A stretch of 63,891 bases of DNA, filler included, from Sandaracinaceae bacterium (GTDB taxonomy: Bacteria > Myxococcota_A > Polyangia > Polyangiales > JADJQN01), in assembly GCA_947483975.1 (NCBI GenBank). It is 4 parts of 4 records of this genome, joined end to end, with 100 filler letters (N's around TTAATTAATTAA, not from the genome) between each part and the next. Parts side by side here need not be neighbours in the genome. Positions count along the whole stretch, not along the records: positions 36,128 to 53,478 come from CANKOL010000070.1; 3 more parts are not named here. The stretch is one strand, 5' to 3'. Below the pieces are notes generated by a model. That model did no database searches and was not told the origin of the DNA. It was given only the letters and a program-made list of their open reading frames with translations. How positions within the stretch are numbered: the stretch's first letter is position 1; each line of letters opens with the position of its first letter. This document shows positions 37,825-47,721 of the stretch, one piece after another. Position numbers and translations under genes: made by a program.

Positions 37825-38922
37825 ATGGTTTTGCCCGTTCGCGATGCGCGGCTCTCGACGAGGCTCCGCCTCGCGCCGACGCGATACGAGCCCGTCGCGC
37901 GGCTCGCCGTCGGAGGGATGGCCGAGGTCTGGCGCGCGCTCGCCATCTTCGAGCACGGAGAGCGCCACCCCGTCGCGATCAAGCGCGTTCTGCCGGCGCT
38001 CTCGGCCGACCCGCTCTATCGGCAGATGTTCGAGGACGAAGCGCGCCTCGGGATGCTGCTGCACCACCTGAACATCGTCCGGATTTACGACGCGCGCGCG
38101 GTCGCCGGCACCTTCCTCATGGTGATGGAGCTCGTCGACGGCTCCACGCTGAAGGCGCTCTTCGACCACGCCCAGGCGCGCGGCGTGGGCTTCCCGGTCC
38201 CGGTCGCGCTGTACATCGTGGGCGAGCTAGCGCGCGCGCTCGAGTACGCGCACGTCGCCGTCGACCAGGACGGGAAGCACCTCGGGATCGTCCACCGCGA
38301 CGTCTCTCCCCACAACGTGCTGCTCGGTCGAGACGGCGCGGTGAAGCTCGCCGACTTCGGGCTCGCCAACGCCGCGTCGCACCACGTTCAGGTGGCCGAG
38401 GGGATGGTCGGCGGCAAGCTCGGCTATCTCGCGCCCGAGGTCGTCGCGCAGAAGCCGACGACCCCACAGGTGGACGTCTTCGCCGCCGGAATCGTGCTGT
38501 GGGAGGCGCTCACCGGGCGGCGGCTCTTCCACGGCACGACGGACGCGGAGACCGTCCAAGCCGTCGCGCGCTGCGAGATCACCCCGGCCTCCCACTTCAA
38601 CGCGGCGGTCCCCCCCGAGGTCGACGCGCTGCTCGCGCGCGCGCTCGACCCCGACCCGCTGAAGCGGCTCGCCGGCGCCCAAGCGCTCGTCGATGAGCTC
38701 GACGCCCTCATCCTGCAGGTGGACCACGAGGTCAGCGCCAAGGACGTCGCGCTGCTCGTCGGGCTCTTCCTGGCACAGCAGCGCGCCAAGCCTCCCGAGC
38801 CCTCGGCGGCGGTCGCGGCGCTGCTCGCCGAGGAGCTCGCGCACTTCGTCGTCGCCGCCGACGGCGGAGTCGCGGCGGGCGCGGCGCCGCTCGACCCGCA
38901 CGACTTCACCTGGAAGCGCTGA
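37825..38922 (+). CDS. Ser/Thr protein kinase (cytoplasmic)
   Basis: GGMAEVW, AIKR, HRDVSPHN, DFGLA, YLAPE. Confidence 0.93.
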   Translation: MVLPVRDARLSTRLRLAPTRYEPVARLAVGGMAEVWRALAIFEHGERHPVAIKRVLPALSADPLYRQMFEDEARLGMLLHHLNIVRIYDARAVAGTFLMVMELVDGSTLKALFDHAQARGVGFPVPVALYIVGELARALEYAHVAVDQDGKHLGIVHRDVSPHNVLLGRDGAVKLADFGLANAASHHVQVAEGMVGGKLGYLAPEVVAQKPTTPQVDVFAAGIVLWEALTGRRLFHGTTDAETVQAVARCEITPASHFNAAVPPEVDALLARALDPDPLKRLAGAQALVDELDALILQVDHEVSAKDVALLVGLFLAQQRAKPPEPSAAVAALLAEELAHFVVAADGGVAAGAAPLDPHDFTWKR

Positions 38923-38958
38923 CCGCACGCGCCCCCTCGATCGACGCGCGACGCGCCC

Positions 38959-40794
38959 TCAGGGCAGCGCGCTGAACAGCGGCGACACGACCTCGTCGAG
39001 CGCAGCCATCGCCGACGCGAGCGCCCGCGGCACCCGGACGCTGTGATGCCCGATGCGCAGCGTGTCCGTGCGCGCGCCCTGCGGCTCGAGGAACGCGGCT
39101 GCGAGCCGCTGCCCCGCGGAGGCGATCGACTCGAGCGTGGGCACGTCCGGCGGGGGCGGCAGCCGCGGGTAGTCTTCGCGCAGCAGCCCATCGAAGCGCG
39201 CTCGAAACGTGGGCGCAGAGAGGACCGCGAGCGCGTAGTGCACCACCGTCGAAGGCGCGACGGCGACGCCGAGGCGGTCTTCCCAGGCGCGCACCTCGAC
39301 GTTGGGCTCGCCCTCTGGCGAGTGCGTCGGAAACGCGCGCGACCGGCACGACGAGCGCACCGACAGCCAGCAGTTGTCGAGCACGACGTCCACCACGCCG
39401 GCGTGCGTGAACGGCAGCGTGCCGCGGTCTTTGCGTGCCGTCACCAGCGCGAGCCTCGAGTGCGTCATCGCGCGGGCGAGCTCGGGTCGCGGCCGATGAC
39501 AGAGCGGCGTCACGACGCCATGCCAGCGCAGATCGAGGGGGCGGTAGGCGAGCGGCGCGATGAGCTCGTCGCCGCGCTCGAGCGCCGCGCGGAGCACCCG
39601 GCGCGCGCGGGCCGGATCGAAGTGCGCGGACGCCCGCAGCACCGGCGCGAGGTCGGCGTCGGTCGCGCCATCGGCGAAGCGCTGCAGCCGCTCGAGCAGG
39701 CGCGCGCGATCGGCGTCGACGACCACGGAGTCGCGGTTGGTCTGTACGCCCTCGCGATGAAACGGGAACAGCGCGTCGACCGAGGGCCAGGCGTCGTAGC
39801 TTGCCGACGCGCGCGCGCCGACCGTCACGGAGAGCCGATGCGCCGGCGCGGTCGGCACGAACGCGGCGCCCCGGACTCCGCCTCGGGCGAGGGCCTCGCG
39901 CTTGTCGCTCGCCGAGCCGTGCACGCGCGCATAGGTGACCTCCGCGGCGCGCGGCTCGGCGTGCCCCGGTCCGCGCGCGCCGAGGGTGATCGCCACCGAC
40001 GGACGCACGCCGAAGACGTTCTCGTCGGCGCCGCGCCCATGCGCGACGAGCGCGCTCCCGCCGAGGTCGACGACCTCGAGCGCGTCGAACCAGCGCAGCA
40101 GCGCCGCGCGCATCCCGCGATGCACGGGGCCGTCCAAGAAGGACGCGTTCGTCACGAGCGCGAGGACCCCGCCCGCCGCGCTGCGCCGCACCAGCTCAGC
40201 GCCCCAGCGGAAGAAGCGCACGTAGTCGTCGGAGAGCACGCCCAGCTTGCGCTCGCCGCGGACGTCGGCGCGGAACTCGGCGAGCATCGTCTCCGAGAGG
40301 CTCGCCCCGCGCGACGCGCTGCGCCGGGCCCACGGCGGATTGCCGAGCACGACGAGCGCTGCGCCCTCGAGCAGCGGCTCCCCCGACGGCGCGAGCGACG
40401 CGAGAGTGTCGGCGACACGCAGGTCGAGGCGAGCGCCCGCGCGCGCGGCTTCGGCGTGCAGCACCGTGCGCGCCGCCTCCACCGCCGCCTCGTCCACGTC
40501 CAAGCCGATGAGCGCGCGCGTGCGCCCCAACCGGGACGATTCGTTGGCCGCCGCGGCCAGCCAAGCGGCGCCAAACACGCCCGTTCCGCACGCCGGATCG
40601 ATGAGCACGACGTCGCGGCCGGGACACGCGCGCGTCACCGCCTGCCAGGCGCGCTCGGCCATGAACGCCGCGACCTCGCGCGGCGTGTGCACGATCCCAC
40701 GGGCGCGCTTTCGCTCAGGCTCGGACGCGCGGAGGGCCGCGTCACGGGCGCACGCCTCGCGCTCTGCCGCAGCCTCTGCGTCGTGCGTCGTCAC
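38959..40794 (-). CDS. N6-adenine DNA methyltransferase with type ISP-like C-terminal specificity domain
   Basis: GIVHTP, motif I DPACGTG, motif IV GNPPW, DDYVRFFRW, FLDGPVHRGMR, DENVF, GVQTNRD, YRPLDLRW, YPRLP. GTG start at 40794 is inferred. Confidence 0.82.
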   Translation of the reverse strand: MTTHDAEAAAEREACARDAALRASEPERKRARGIVHTPREVAAFMAERAWQAVTRACPGRDVVLIDPACGTGVFGAAWLAAAANESSRLGRTRALIGLDVDEAAVEAARTVLHAEAARAGARLDLRVADTLASLAPSGEPLLEGAALVVLGNPPWARRSASRGASLSETMLAEFRADVRGERKLGVLSDDYVRFFRWGAELVRRSAAGGVLALVTNASFLDGPVHRGMRAALLRWFDALEVVDLGGSALVAHGRGADENVFGVRPSVAITLGARGPGHAEPRAAEVTYARVHGSASDKREALARGGVRGAAFVPTAPAHRLSVTVGARASASYDAWPSVDALFPFHREGVQTNRDSVVVDADRARLLERLQRFADGATDADLAPVLRASAHFDPARARRVLRAALERGDELIAPLAYRPLDLRWHGVVTPLCHRPRPELARAMTHSRLALVTARKDRGTLPFTHAGVVDVVLDNCWLSVRSSCRSRAFPTHSPEGEPNVEVRAWEDRLGVAVAPSTVVHYALAVLSAPTFRARFDGLLREDYPRLPPPPDVPTLESIASAGQRLAAAFLEPQGARTDTLRIGHHSVRVPRALASAMAALDEVVSPLFSALP

Positions 40795-40877
40795 GGTCGA
40801 GCGGCGTAGCACGAGCGACCCGAGTCCTCCCCCGCCGGGCACACCCGAGGCGTCCGCTCCTTGTTTCTTTCCCTTTC

Positions 40878-42278
40878 GTGCGTAGTTTCCCGCTGAGGCC
40901 TATGGGGACCGACGGCCCAGACGAGCACGACCCTGAGACCGTTTCCGAACTCCCCTCGCGGGAGCACGCTGGCGTTGCGCCGACCGACCCTGCCCCCCGT
41001 CCGTCAGGGCCCTGGCGCATCCACGCAGCGGAAGCGTTTGCGCCCGGCACGGTGGTCGACTCCAGCTACCGTATCCTCGATCGCCTCGGTGAAGGCGCCA
41101 TGGGCATCGTGCTCCGCGCGCACGACATCCGCCTCGACCGCGACGTCGCGATCAAAGTCATTCGCCCGTCGGTGGTCGAGCGCCCGGACGCGCGGGAGCG
41201 CTTCCTCCGCGAGGCGCGCGCGATGGCCCATGTGCGCCACCCGAACGTCGTCGAGGTGCACGCCCTCGGCGAGTGGCACGCCCTCCCGTACATCGTCATG
41301 GAGTACATCCACGGCATGACGCTCGACGAGTGGCTGACCCTGCGCGAGGGTCGTCCGCTCGCGCTCGAGGAGGGCCTCTCGATCCTCGACCAGCTCTGCC
41401 TCGGCGTCGAGGCGATCCACGCCTCCGGGGCGGCGCACCGCGACCTGAAGCCGAGCAATGTGCTCGTCGGCGCGGGGTTCCGCGTCGCGGTGGCGGACTT
41501 CGGCATCTCCCGCTCCCTCGCGGACGCGGGGCTCTCGGCGTCGCTCGGCTCGGGGACTCCCGCGATGATGGCGCCGGAGGTCGTCCTCGGTACGGTCGCC
41601 GGAGCGCACGCCCTCGCGTATGTCGACGTGTACGCGCTCGGCATCCTCGGGTATCGCCTGCTCGTCGGGCGCTTCCCGTTCGAGGGGCGCGGCTCCGAGG
41701 TGATGGCCAAGCAGGTATCGGACCCCCCGCCGCCTCCGCGCTCGTTGCGCCCCGACCTTCCCGCGGCGTTCGAGCAAGTCCTCCTCGATGCGCTCGCCAA
41801 GTCCCCGAGAGACCGGATCGCGTCCGTGTCGGCGCTGCGCGCTGCCCTCCAGGCCGCACGCGAAGCGGCGCGGCGCCCGGCCCATCAGCTCCGCTTTCTG
41901 GTCGCTGAGGACGACCCAGCGTTTCGGGGCCTGGTCACGCAGATCCTGCTGCGAGGCTTCCCGGGCGCGACGGTCGAGCAGGCGCCTGACGGGGTCGCCG
42001 CGCTCGCGGCAGCCGAGCGGAATCCCCCGAGCGCGCTCCTCAGCGATCTCGATATGCCGTCGATGTCGGGCCTCGAGCTCACCGCCGCCGTGCGCGCGAG
42101 CCCGCGCCTCGCGAAGGTCCCCATCGTCATCATGACCGGCAAAGGCACACCCGCCGATTGGCAGACGCTGTCACGCCTCGGTGCGAATGCCCTCCTCGTC
42201 AAGCCCTTCGACTCGACCCATGCCATCGCACTCCTGCGGGCGCTGATCGACGTCCCACACAAGGCAAAGGCCCCTTGA
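40878..42278 (+). CDS. Ser/Thr kinase with C-terminal receiver domain
   Basis: LGEGAMG, AIK, HRDLKPSN, DFG, APE; receiver LVAEDD, SDLDMP, MTG, KPF. Start may be ATG 40902. Confidence 0.9.
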   Translation: MRSFPLRPMGTDGPDEHDPETVSELPSREHAGVAPTDPAPRPSGPWRIHAAEAFAPGTVVDSSYRILDRLGEGAMGIVLRAHDIRLDRDVAIKVIRPSVVERPDARERFLREARAMAHVRHPNVVEVHALGEWHALPYIVMEYIHGMTLDEWLTLREGRPLALEEGLSILDQLCLGVEAIHASGAAHRDLKPSNVLVGAGFRVAVADFGISRSLADAGLSASLGSGTPAMMAPEVVLGTVAGAHALAYVDVYALGILGYRLLVGRFPFEGRGSEVMAKQVSDPPPPPRSLRPDLPAAFEQVLLDALAKSPRDRIASVSALRAALQAAREAARRPAHQLRFLVAEDDPAFRGLVTQILLRGFPGATVEQAPDGVAALAAAERNPPSALLSDLDMPSMSGLELTAAVRASPRLAKVPIVIMTGKGTPADWQTLSRLGANALLVKPFDSTHAIALLRALIDVPHKAKAP

Positions 42279-43492
42279 CGCTCAAGCCGCTCGCCCCTCA
42301 AAGCCTCGACGAGCTACGCGACCCGGACACGCTCGCCGGTCGCCTCTTCGCCGAAACGCCCCTGCCATGGCTCGTCGTCGACGCTCACGGAGCGATCGTG
42401 CACGCGAATCCACGCGCAGCGGCCGCGTTCGGCTGGCCGCCTGCGGAGCTCATCGGGCAGCCGATCGAGGTGCTCGTCCCCGCCCGACACCGCGAGCGGC
42501 ATCCGGCGCTCCGCGGCGCGTTCATGGAGAGCGCGCACGCGCCTCGCATGGCCAAGGGTCTCGAGGTGACGGCCCTCCGACGCGACGGAAGCGAGTTCTT
42601 CGCCGAGATACACCTCGCGCCCCTCGCCGTCGGCGCCGAGCGCTATGCGGTGGTCACGGTCCTCGACGTGAGCACCTGCCACGACGAAGCGGCGCACCTG
42701 CGCGACCTCGCCGATCGCCTCGCGACCGCCAACGACTCCCTCCGCGACCAGGGCACCGCCCTCGCGGAGATCGACGCCGAGAAGAACGCCGTCCTCGGCA
42801 TGGCGGCGCACGACCTGCGCACGCCGCTCGCGGTCGTCGTCGGCTATGCAGAGCTGCTCGCCACCGCGTCGCCCTCCGAGCCGCTCGAGGCACACCGCGA
42901 GATCGTGGACGTCATCCTCCGCACGGCGAAGGTGATGCGGCGGATCCTCGATGATCTGCTCGATTGGTCGGCCATCGAGTCCGGCACGCTGCGGCTCGCG
43001 CGCTATCCCATCGACCCGGTGATCGTGGCGGCCGACGCCGTCGCCCTCGCGAGCCTGCCCGCCGCGCGGCAGGGAATCCCGCTCTCGCTCGAGGCCGACC
43101 CCGTGCTCCCGCCCATCGACATCGATCCTGACCGCATCAGCCAGGTGCTCGGCAACCTCCTCGGCAACGCCCTCAAGTACTCACCGGCGGGGCATCCGGT
43201 GTGCCTCCGCGTCGGGCAGAGCGGTCCAGACGCCGTCGAGTTCGCCGTGATCGACCGCGGGCAGGGCATCTCCGCAGAGTCCGTGTCGCACCTGTTTCGC
43301 CCATTCGAGACCGGGGGCAACAAGCCAGTCGACGGCGAGCGTGCCATTGGGCTCGGGCTCGCCATCGTCAAACGCATCGTCGACGCCCACCACGGCTCCA
43401 TCGCCGTCGAGAGCGTGCCGGGCAGCGGTTCCACATTCCGCGTGCGTCTGCCGGTCAAGCACCTCAGTTTGCCGCCGCCGCCCCGCCGCTGA
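42275..43492 (+). CDS. PAS-domain sensor histidine kinase
   Basis: TTGA overlap with the kinase-REC gene; PAS (ELIGQPIEVLVP..RRDGSEF); AHDLRTPL, NLLGNALKYS, DRGQGI, GLGL. Confidence 0.9.
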   Translation: MTLKPLAPQSLDELRDPDTLAGRLFAETPLPWLVVDAHGAIVHANPRAAAAFGWPPAELIGQPIEVLVPARHRERHPALRGAFMESAHAPRMAKGLEVTALRRDGSEFFAEIHLAPLAVGAERYAVVTVLDVSTCHDEAAHLRDLADRLATANDSLRDQGTALAEIDAEKNAVLGMAAHDLRTPLAVVVGYAELLATASPSEPLEAHREIVDVILRTAKVMRRILDDLLDWSAIESGTLRLARYPIDPVIVAADAVALASLPAARQGIPLSLEADPVLPPIDIDPDRISQVLGNLLGNALKYSPAGHPVCLRVGQSGPDAVEFAVIDRGQGISAESVSHLFRPFETGGNKPVDGERAIGLGLAIVKRIVDAHHGSIAVESVPGSGSTFRVRLPVKHLSLPPPPRR

Positions 43493-43528
43493 GAGGCGGG
43501 ACCTCCGCGCACGCCGGCGCGCCGGGGT

Positions 43529-44419
43529 TCAACTGACGAAGCGGTCGAGCAGCACGAACGCGAAGAACGCGACCGACACATAGCCATTGAGCTCGAAGAA
43601 CGCCTTGTCGATCTTCGTGAGGTCGCTCGGGCGCACGATGCTGTGCTCGTAGACGAGCAGCGCGCCCACGACCGCGACGCCGACGAAGTACGCCGGCCCA
43701 CGCGCGAGCACGAAGCCCACGGCCCCAAAACACGCGAGCGTCCCGACGTGCATCGCGGCGCTCAGCCACAGCGTCCCGCGCACCCCGAGCGCGACGGGGA
43801 TCGAGCGGAGTCCTTGCCCGCGATCGAACTCCCGATCTTGCAGCGCGTAGAGCACGTCGAAGCCAGCGACCCAGAGCGCGACTCCCACGACGAGCAACCA
43901 AGGGGCGGCCGTCACCGGCGCGCCCATCGCGATCCAGGCGCCGCCCGGCGCGATGGCGATCGCCGCGCCGAGCACCACATGACAGAACGACGTGAAGCGC
44001 TTGGTGTACGAGTAGCCGAGCGCCAACCCGAGCGCGATCGGCGAGAGCGCGAGCGGCAGCGGACCGAGCAGCGCTGCGCCGCCGACGAACATCGCGCAGG
44101 TGACGACGACGAGCACCGCCGCCGCCCGCGGGCTGACCTGCCCGCTCGGGATGTCGCGCGTCGCGGTGCGCGGATTGAGCGCGTCGAAGCGCCGGTCGAC
44201 GAGGCGATTGAACGCCATCGCCGCGCTCCGCGCCGTCACGACGCAGAGCACGATGAGCGCGACACGCCACCAAGTCGGGTGTCCGGAGCGGGACGCGAGC
44301 ACCGCCGCAGCGAGCGCGAACGGCAGCGAGAACACCGAGTGCGCGATGGTCACGAGCGAGCCGAAGCGCTTGAGTTGCGCCGCGACAGGCGGGGCTTCGT
44401 CGAGGGGAGTCGTGCTCAT
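43529..44419 (-). CDS. mqnP: UbiA-family prenyltransferase of the futalosine pathway (MqnP)
   Basis: HSVFSLPFA, RSAAMAFNRLVDRRFDALNPRT, YSYTKRF, GFDVLYALQD; last gene of the mqn operon. Confidence 0.85.
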   Translation of the reverse strand: MSTTPLDEAPPVAAQLKRFGSLVTIAHSVFSLPFALAAAVLASRSGHPTWWRVALIVLCVVTARSAAMAFNRLVDRRFDALNPRTATRDIPSGQVSPRAAAVLVVVTCAMFVGGAALLGPLPLALSPIALGLALGYSYTKRFTSFCHVVLGAAIAIAPGGAWIAMGAPVTAAPWLLVVGVALWVAGFDVLYALQDREFDRGQGLRSIPVALGVRGTLWLSAAMHVGTLACFGAVGFVLARGPAYFVGVAVVGALLVYEHSIVRPSDLTKIDKAFFELNGYVSVAFFAFVLLDRFVS

Positions 44420-45687
44420 ACCGGCCTCTCTGCTGCCGCGAGCGTGCCAGTCGGTCGCACGAGGATATCTCGCCGACTCGCACGCTCCGACAAGACGTAC
44501 GCCTCTGGATCAGCCGGAATCGCGCCCTCGGCGTGCGGGAACGCGAGCACGCCGGGCGTGAGACCCGGGGCGAGCCTCCCGACGAACGCCTCGACGCGGA
44601 GCGCGTCGGCGCCCCACCCCGTCGCCATCGCGAGGAGGGCGCGCGGCTTGACGTGCGGGAAGCGAGCACGGAGCACGCGCGCCTCGGCGAGCACATCGAG
44701 GCTCGGCGACGAAGCGAGGGAGTCCGTCCCGAGCGCAGGGCGAATCCCGGCACCCAGCACCGCGTCGAGCGGCGGCCAGCGAACCTCGATGTGCAGGTTC
44801 GAGCGCGGGCAGAGCACGACGGGCGCGCCGGACTCCGCGACGAGCGCGAGCTCGTCCGGGCGCGCGTCGGTCAGGTGCACGAGGAGCGCGTGCCGACCGA
44901 GCGCAGACCGCGTCTGCGCATAGCGCACCGGATCGAGCGCGGGAGGTGCCCAGTCCGCCGGCGGCGCCCCACGCGAGCGCAGAAAGTCGAGGAACGGGCC
45001 CGTTCCGTCGAGCAGAAACGCCCGCTCCGCCGCGTGCTCCGCGAGGTGCACGCTCGTCAGCGCGCCTGCCTCGACCGCCTCGCGGCAGATCCCCTCGAAG
45101 GTGTCCGGATGCAAGGAGTAGGGTGTGTGCGGCGCGAGCGTCACCGAGACATTCTCGGGCAACGCGCCGAGGGAGCGCAGCAGCGCGCGCGTCTTTTCCA
45201 GCGTCGACTCGGCCCCTCGTCGAGTGAGTCCGAAGACCTCCGCGAAGACGCGCGCGACGAGCGGCAACCCGCCGAGCAGGGGCACGCTGCCGAGCGAATT
45301 GGACACGTCGCCCACCGCCGCCGTTCCCGCGCGCAGCAGCTCCGACACGCCCTCGGCGATCGCGTCCGAGTCCGCGTCGGTGCCGCGCTCGGCGCGGAGC
45401 GCGACCAAGCGAGCGACCCAAGGCGCAAAGCCCTGCCCGCCGGGCACCTGCCCGCGCAGCGCAGAGAGCTCGAGGTGCGTGTGCGCGTTCACCAAGCCCG
45501 GCATCAACACCGCGCCGCGCGGCGAGTCCCACGCTGCCGTCGAATACTCGCCTCGGAGGGCGTCCACCGTCCCGACCGCCACGATGGCGCCGGCTCGGTC
45601 GACGACGACCGCGCCATCGCGAATCGGCGGTGAATCCCCATCGCCGACCAGCAGCCAGCTCCCTGAAATCCCGCGCATCTCAGCCAC
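44416..45687 (-). CDS. Amidohydrolase, probable aminodeoxyfutalosine deaminase
   Basis: PGLVNAHTHLE, PHTPYS, HLAE, CPRSN, LGTDS metal-binding motifs; inside the mqn operon. Confidence 0.78.
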   Translation of the reverse strand: MAEMRGISGSWLLVGDGDSPPIRDGAVVVDRAGAIVAVGTVDALRGEYSTAAWDSPRGAVLMPGLVNAHTHLELSALRGQVPGGQGFAPWVARLVALRAERGTDADSDAIAEGVSELLRAGTAAVGDVSNSLGSVPLLGGLPLVARVFAEVFGLTRRGAESTLEKTRALLRSLGALPENVSVTLAPHTPYSLHPDTFEGICREAVEAGALTSVHLAEHAAERAFLLDGTGPFLDFLRSRGAPPADWAPPALDPVRYAQTRSALGRHALLVHLTDARPDELALVAESGAPVVLCPRSNLHIEVRWPPLDAVLGAGIRPALGTDSLASSPSLDVLAEARVLRARFPHVKPRALLAMATGWGADALRVEAFVGRLAPGLTPGVLAFPHAEGAIPADPEAYVLSERASRRDILVRPTGTLAAAERPV

Positions 45688-47721
45688 TCAGGATGGCGTC
45701 GTCAGCCACTGATAGCGCATGTTGCGGCGCGCGACGGTGAAGCCCGCGGCGCGCGCGTGACGCTCGATCTGCCGTGCGTCCATGGTGAACGTCGTCCCCG
45801 CGCTCGACACCACGTTCTCCTCGAACATCGTCGAGCCGAGGTCGTTCGCGCCATAGCGCAGGGCCAACTGCCCCACTCCCGGCCCCTGCGTGACCCACGA
45901 AGACTGGATGTTGCGCACGTTGTCGAGCACGAGGCGCGCGAGCGCCTGCATGCGCAGATAGAGCACCGTGCCAGTGTCGCCGGCGACCTGCTTCACGCCC
46001 TGATCGTGCTGATAGTCCCAGCAGATGAACGCCGTGAAGCCGCCCGTCTCGTCTTGCAGATCCCGCACCTTGAAGAGGTGTGCGAGCCTGTCCACCGCGG
46101 TATCCGTCGTGCCGTACATCATCGTCGCGGTCGTGTGGAGCCCGAGGCGATGCGCGACTCGCATACACTCGAGCCACTCGGCGCTCGTGCACTTCGCCTT
46201 GGCGATCTTGCGGCGCACGCGGTCCGTCAGCACCTCTGCGCCGCCGCCTGGGAGCGAGTCCATCCCCGCCGCCATCAGCCGCCTCAGCACCTCGTCGATC
46301 GTCGTCGGCTCGCCGCACTCGGTCTCGAGACGCGCGAGTCCCCATATCTCCTCGGGCGAGAGCGCGTGCAGCGCGACGTTCGGGAACTCCGACTTCCACC
46401 AGACGAAGAGCTCTTCGTACCAAGTGAGGCGCAGGTCCGGGTTGATCCCGCCCTGCAGCAACACCTGCACTCCGCCCGCGTCGACGACCTCTTGGATCTT
46501 CGCGCGCAGCTCCGCGCGCGAGAGCACGTAGACCTCCCCATGCCCGATGGGCCGGTAGAACGCGCAGAAGCGACACGCGACGGTGCACGCGTTCGTGTAG
46601 TTGACGTTGCGGTCGACGATGTAGGTGACGACGCCCTCGGGGTGCAGCGCGCGGCGACGCGCGTCGGCGGCGAGCCCGAGATCGAGCGTCGGCGCGTCCT
46701 CCGCGAGGCGCAGCGCCTCGTCGAACGAGAGGCGCCCGCCCTCGGCGGCGAAGTCGAGCAGCGCGTCGAGGCTGCGCGAGTCGTGACCGCGCGAGTCGTG
46801 GCTGCCCGCGGCAGGCGTCGTCGCATCCGTGCCCGCGAGGCGCACCTCGCACGGCGGCAAGAGCTTGGCCTCCGCGGCGCGCGCGAAGAATTCGCGCAGC
46901 CCCGCGAGCGCTGCCTCGTCGAGCTCGTAGTGCAGGTTCTCGCGGAGGTAGCGCTCGTGCTCCGCGGCGAGCCCGCCGTGCGCCTCTGCCCAAGACACGC
47001 CGATCTCCGTACGCGCTGCGAGCCCCGCTTCCAGCGACGCGCTGAGCAGCGCGCGCACCGACTCGTCGAGCACGCCGCGCCGCGCGCCCCACACCGCGAA
47101 GACGAACGGCAGGCCCGTCCACGCCTGCCACGCCTCGGCGAGATCGCGCTCGCAGGCAAAGCGCCCGCGCGCCGCGAGCGCGTCATCGCCGATCAGCACC
47201 GCGCCGGTGCCACCGCGCGTCTCCGCGAGGATCTGCGCAGGAGTGCGCGAATAGACGGTGAGCGCACGCCCCTTGCGGAGGTGCGCCGCGACGAGGCGCG
47301 CCAGCACGACGCTCGTGCGGCTCGACGAGTCGAGCAGCAGCGTGTCGAGCTCCTCGACGGGGCGCTCCGAGAGCAGCACGACCGAGCGCACCGGACCGCG
47401 CGCGCCGACGGCGATGCCGGGCGCGATCTCGAGCCCACCGTGCATCGCGATGGCCGCGGCAGGCACGAGCGCAGCGTCCGCCTCGTCCTCGAAGAGCCGC
47501 CGCGCGACCTCGGAAGGGCGCCCAAGCTCGAGCAGGAGTCTCGACGCGCCCAACCCCTGCAAGAGCCCGTGCAGGATGGGCTGCGTGTTCAGATAGCCCA
47601 CTCCCGCGAAGCGCAGCTTGCCATTCGGGTCGATGGGGCCCGCGCCGTAGCGGTTCTTCGTGAGCAGCTTGCCGAGCGCCTTGCCGCCGGGACCCTGGCC
47701 GCCGTGACCGTCGGCGTTCAT
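45688..47721 (-). CDS. mqnC: Fusion of chorismate dehydratase MqnA and cyclic dehypoxanthinyl-futalosine synthase MqnC
   Basis: N-half YLNTQP, GPVRSV, SSRTSVVL, LIGDDAL, TGLPFVFAVW (MqnA); C-half DRNVNYTNACTVACRFC, SLPGGGAE, GSTMFEENVVSSAG (MqnC); one open frame. Confidence 0.92.
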   Translation of the reverse strand: MNADGHGGQGPGGKALGKLLTKNRYGAGPIDPNGKLRFAGVGYLNTQPILHGLLQGLGASRLLLELGRPSEVARRLFEDEADAALVPAAAIAMHGGLEIAPGIAVGARGPVRSVVLLSERPVEELDTLLLDSSSRTSVVLARLVAAHLRKGRALTVYSRTPAQILAETRGGTGAVLIGDDALAARGRFACERDLAEAWQAWTGLPFVFAVWGARRGVLDESVRALLSASLEAGLAARTEIGVSWAEAHGGLAAEHERYLRENLHYELDEAALAGLREFFARAAEAKLLPPCEVRLAGTDATTPAAGSHDSRGHDSRSLDALLDFAAEGGRLSFDEALRLAEDAPTLDLGLAADARRRALHPEGVVTYIVDRNVNYTNACTVACRFCAFYRPIGHGEVYVLSRAELRAKIQEVVDAGGVQVLLQGGINPDLRLTWYEELFVWWKSEFPNVALHALSPEEIWGLARLETECGEPTTIDEVLRRLMAAGMDSLPGGGAEVLTDRVRRKIAKAKCTSAEWLECMRVAHRLGLHTTATMMYGTTDTAVDRLAHLFKVRDLQDETGGFTAFICWDYQHDQGVKQVAGDTGTVLYLRMQALARLVLDNVRNIQSSWVTQGPGVGQLALRYGANDLGSTMFEENVVSSAGTTFTMDARQIERHARAAGFTVARRNMRYQWLTTPS

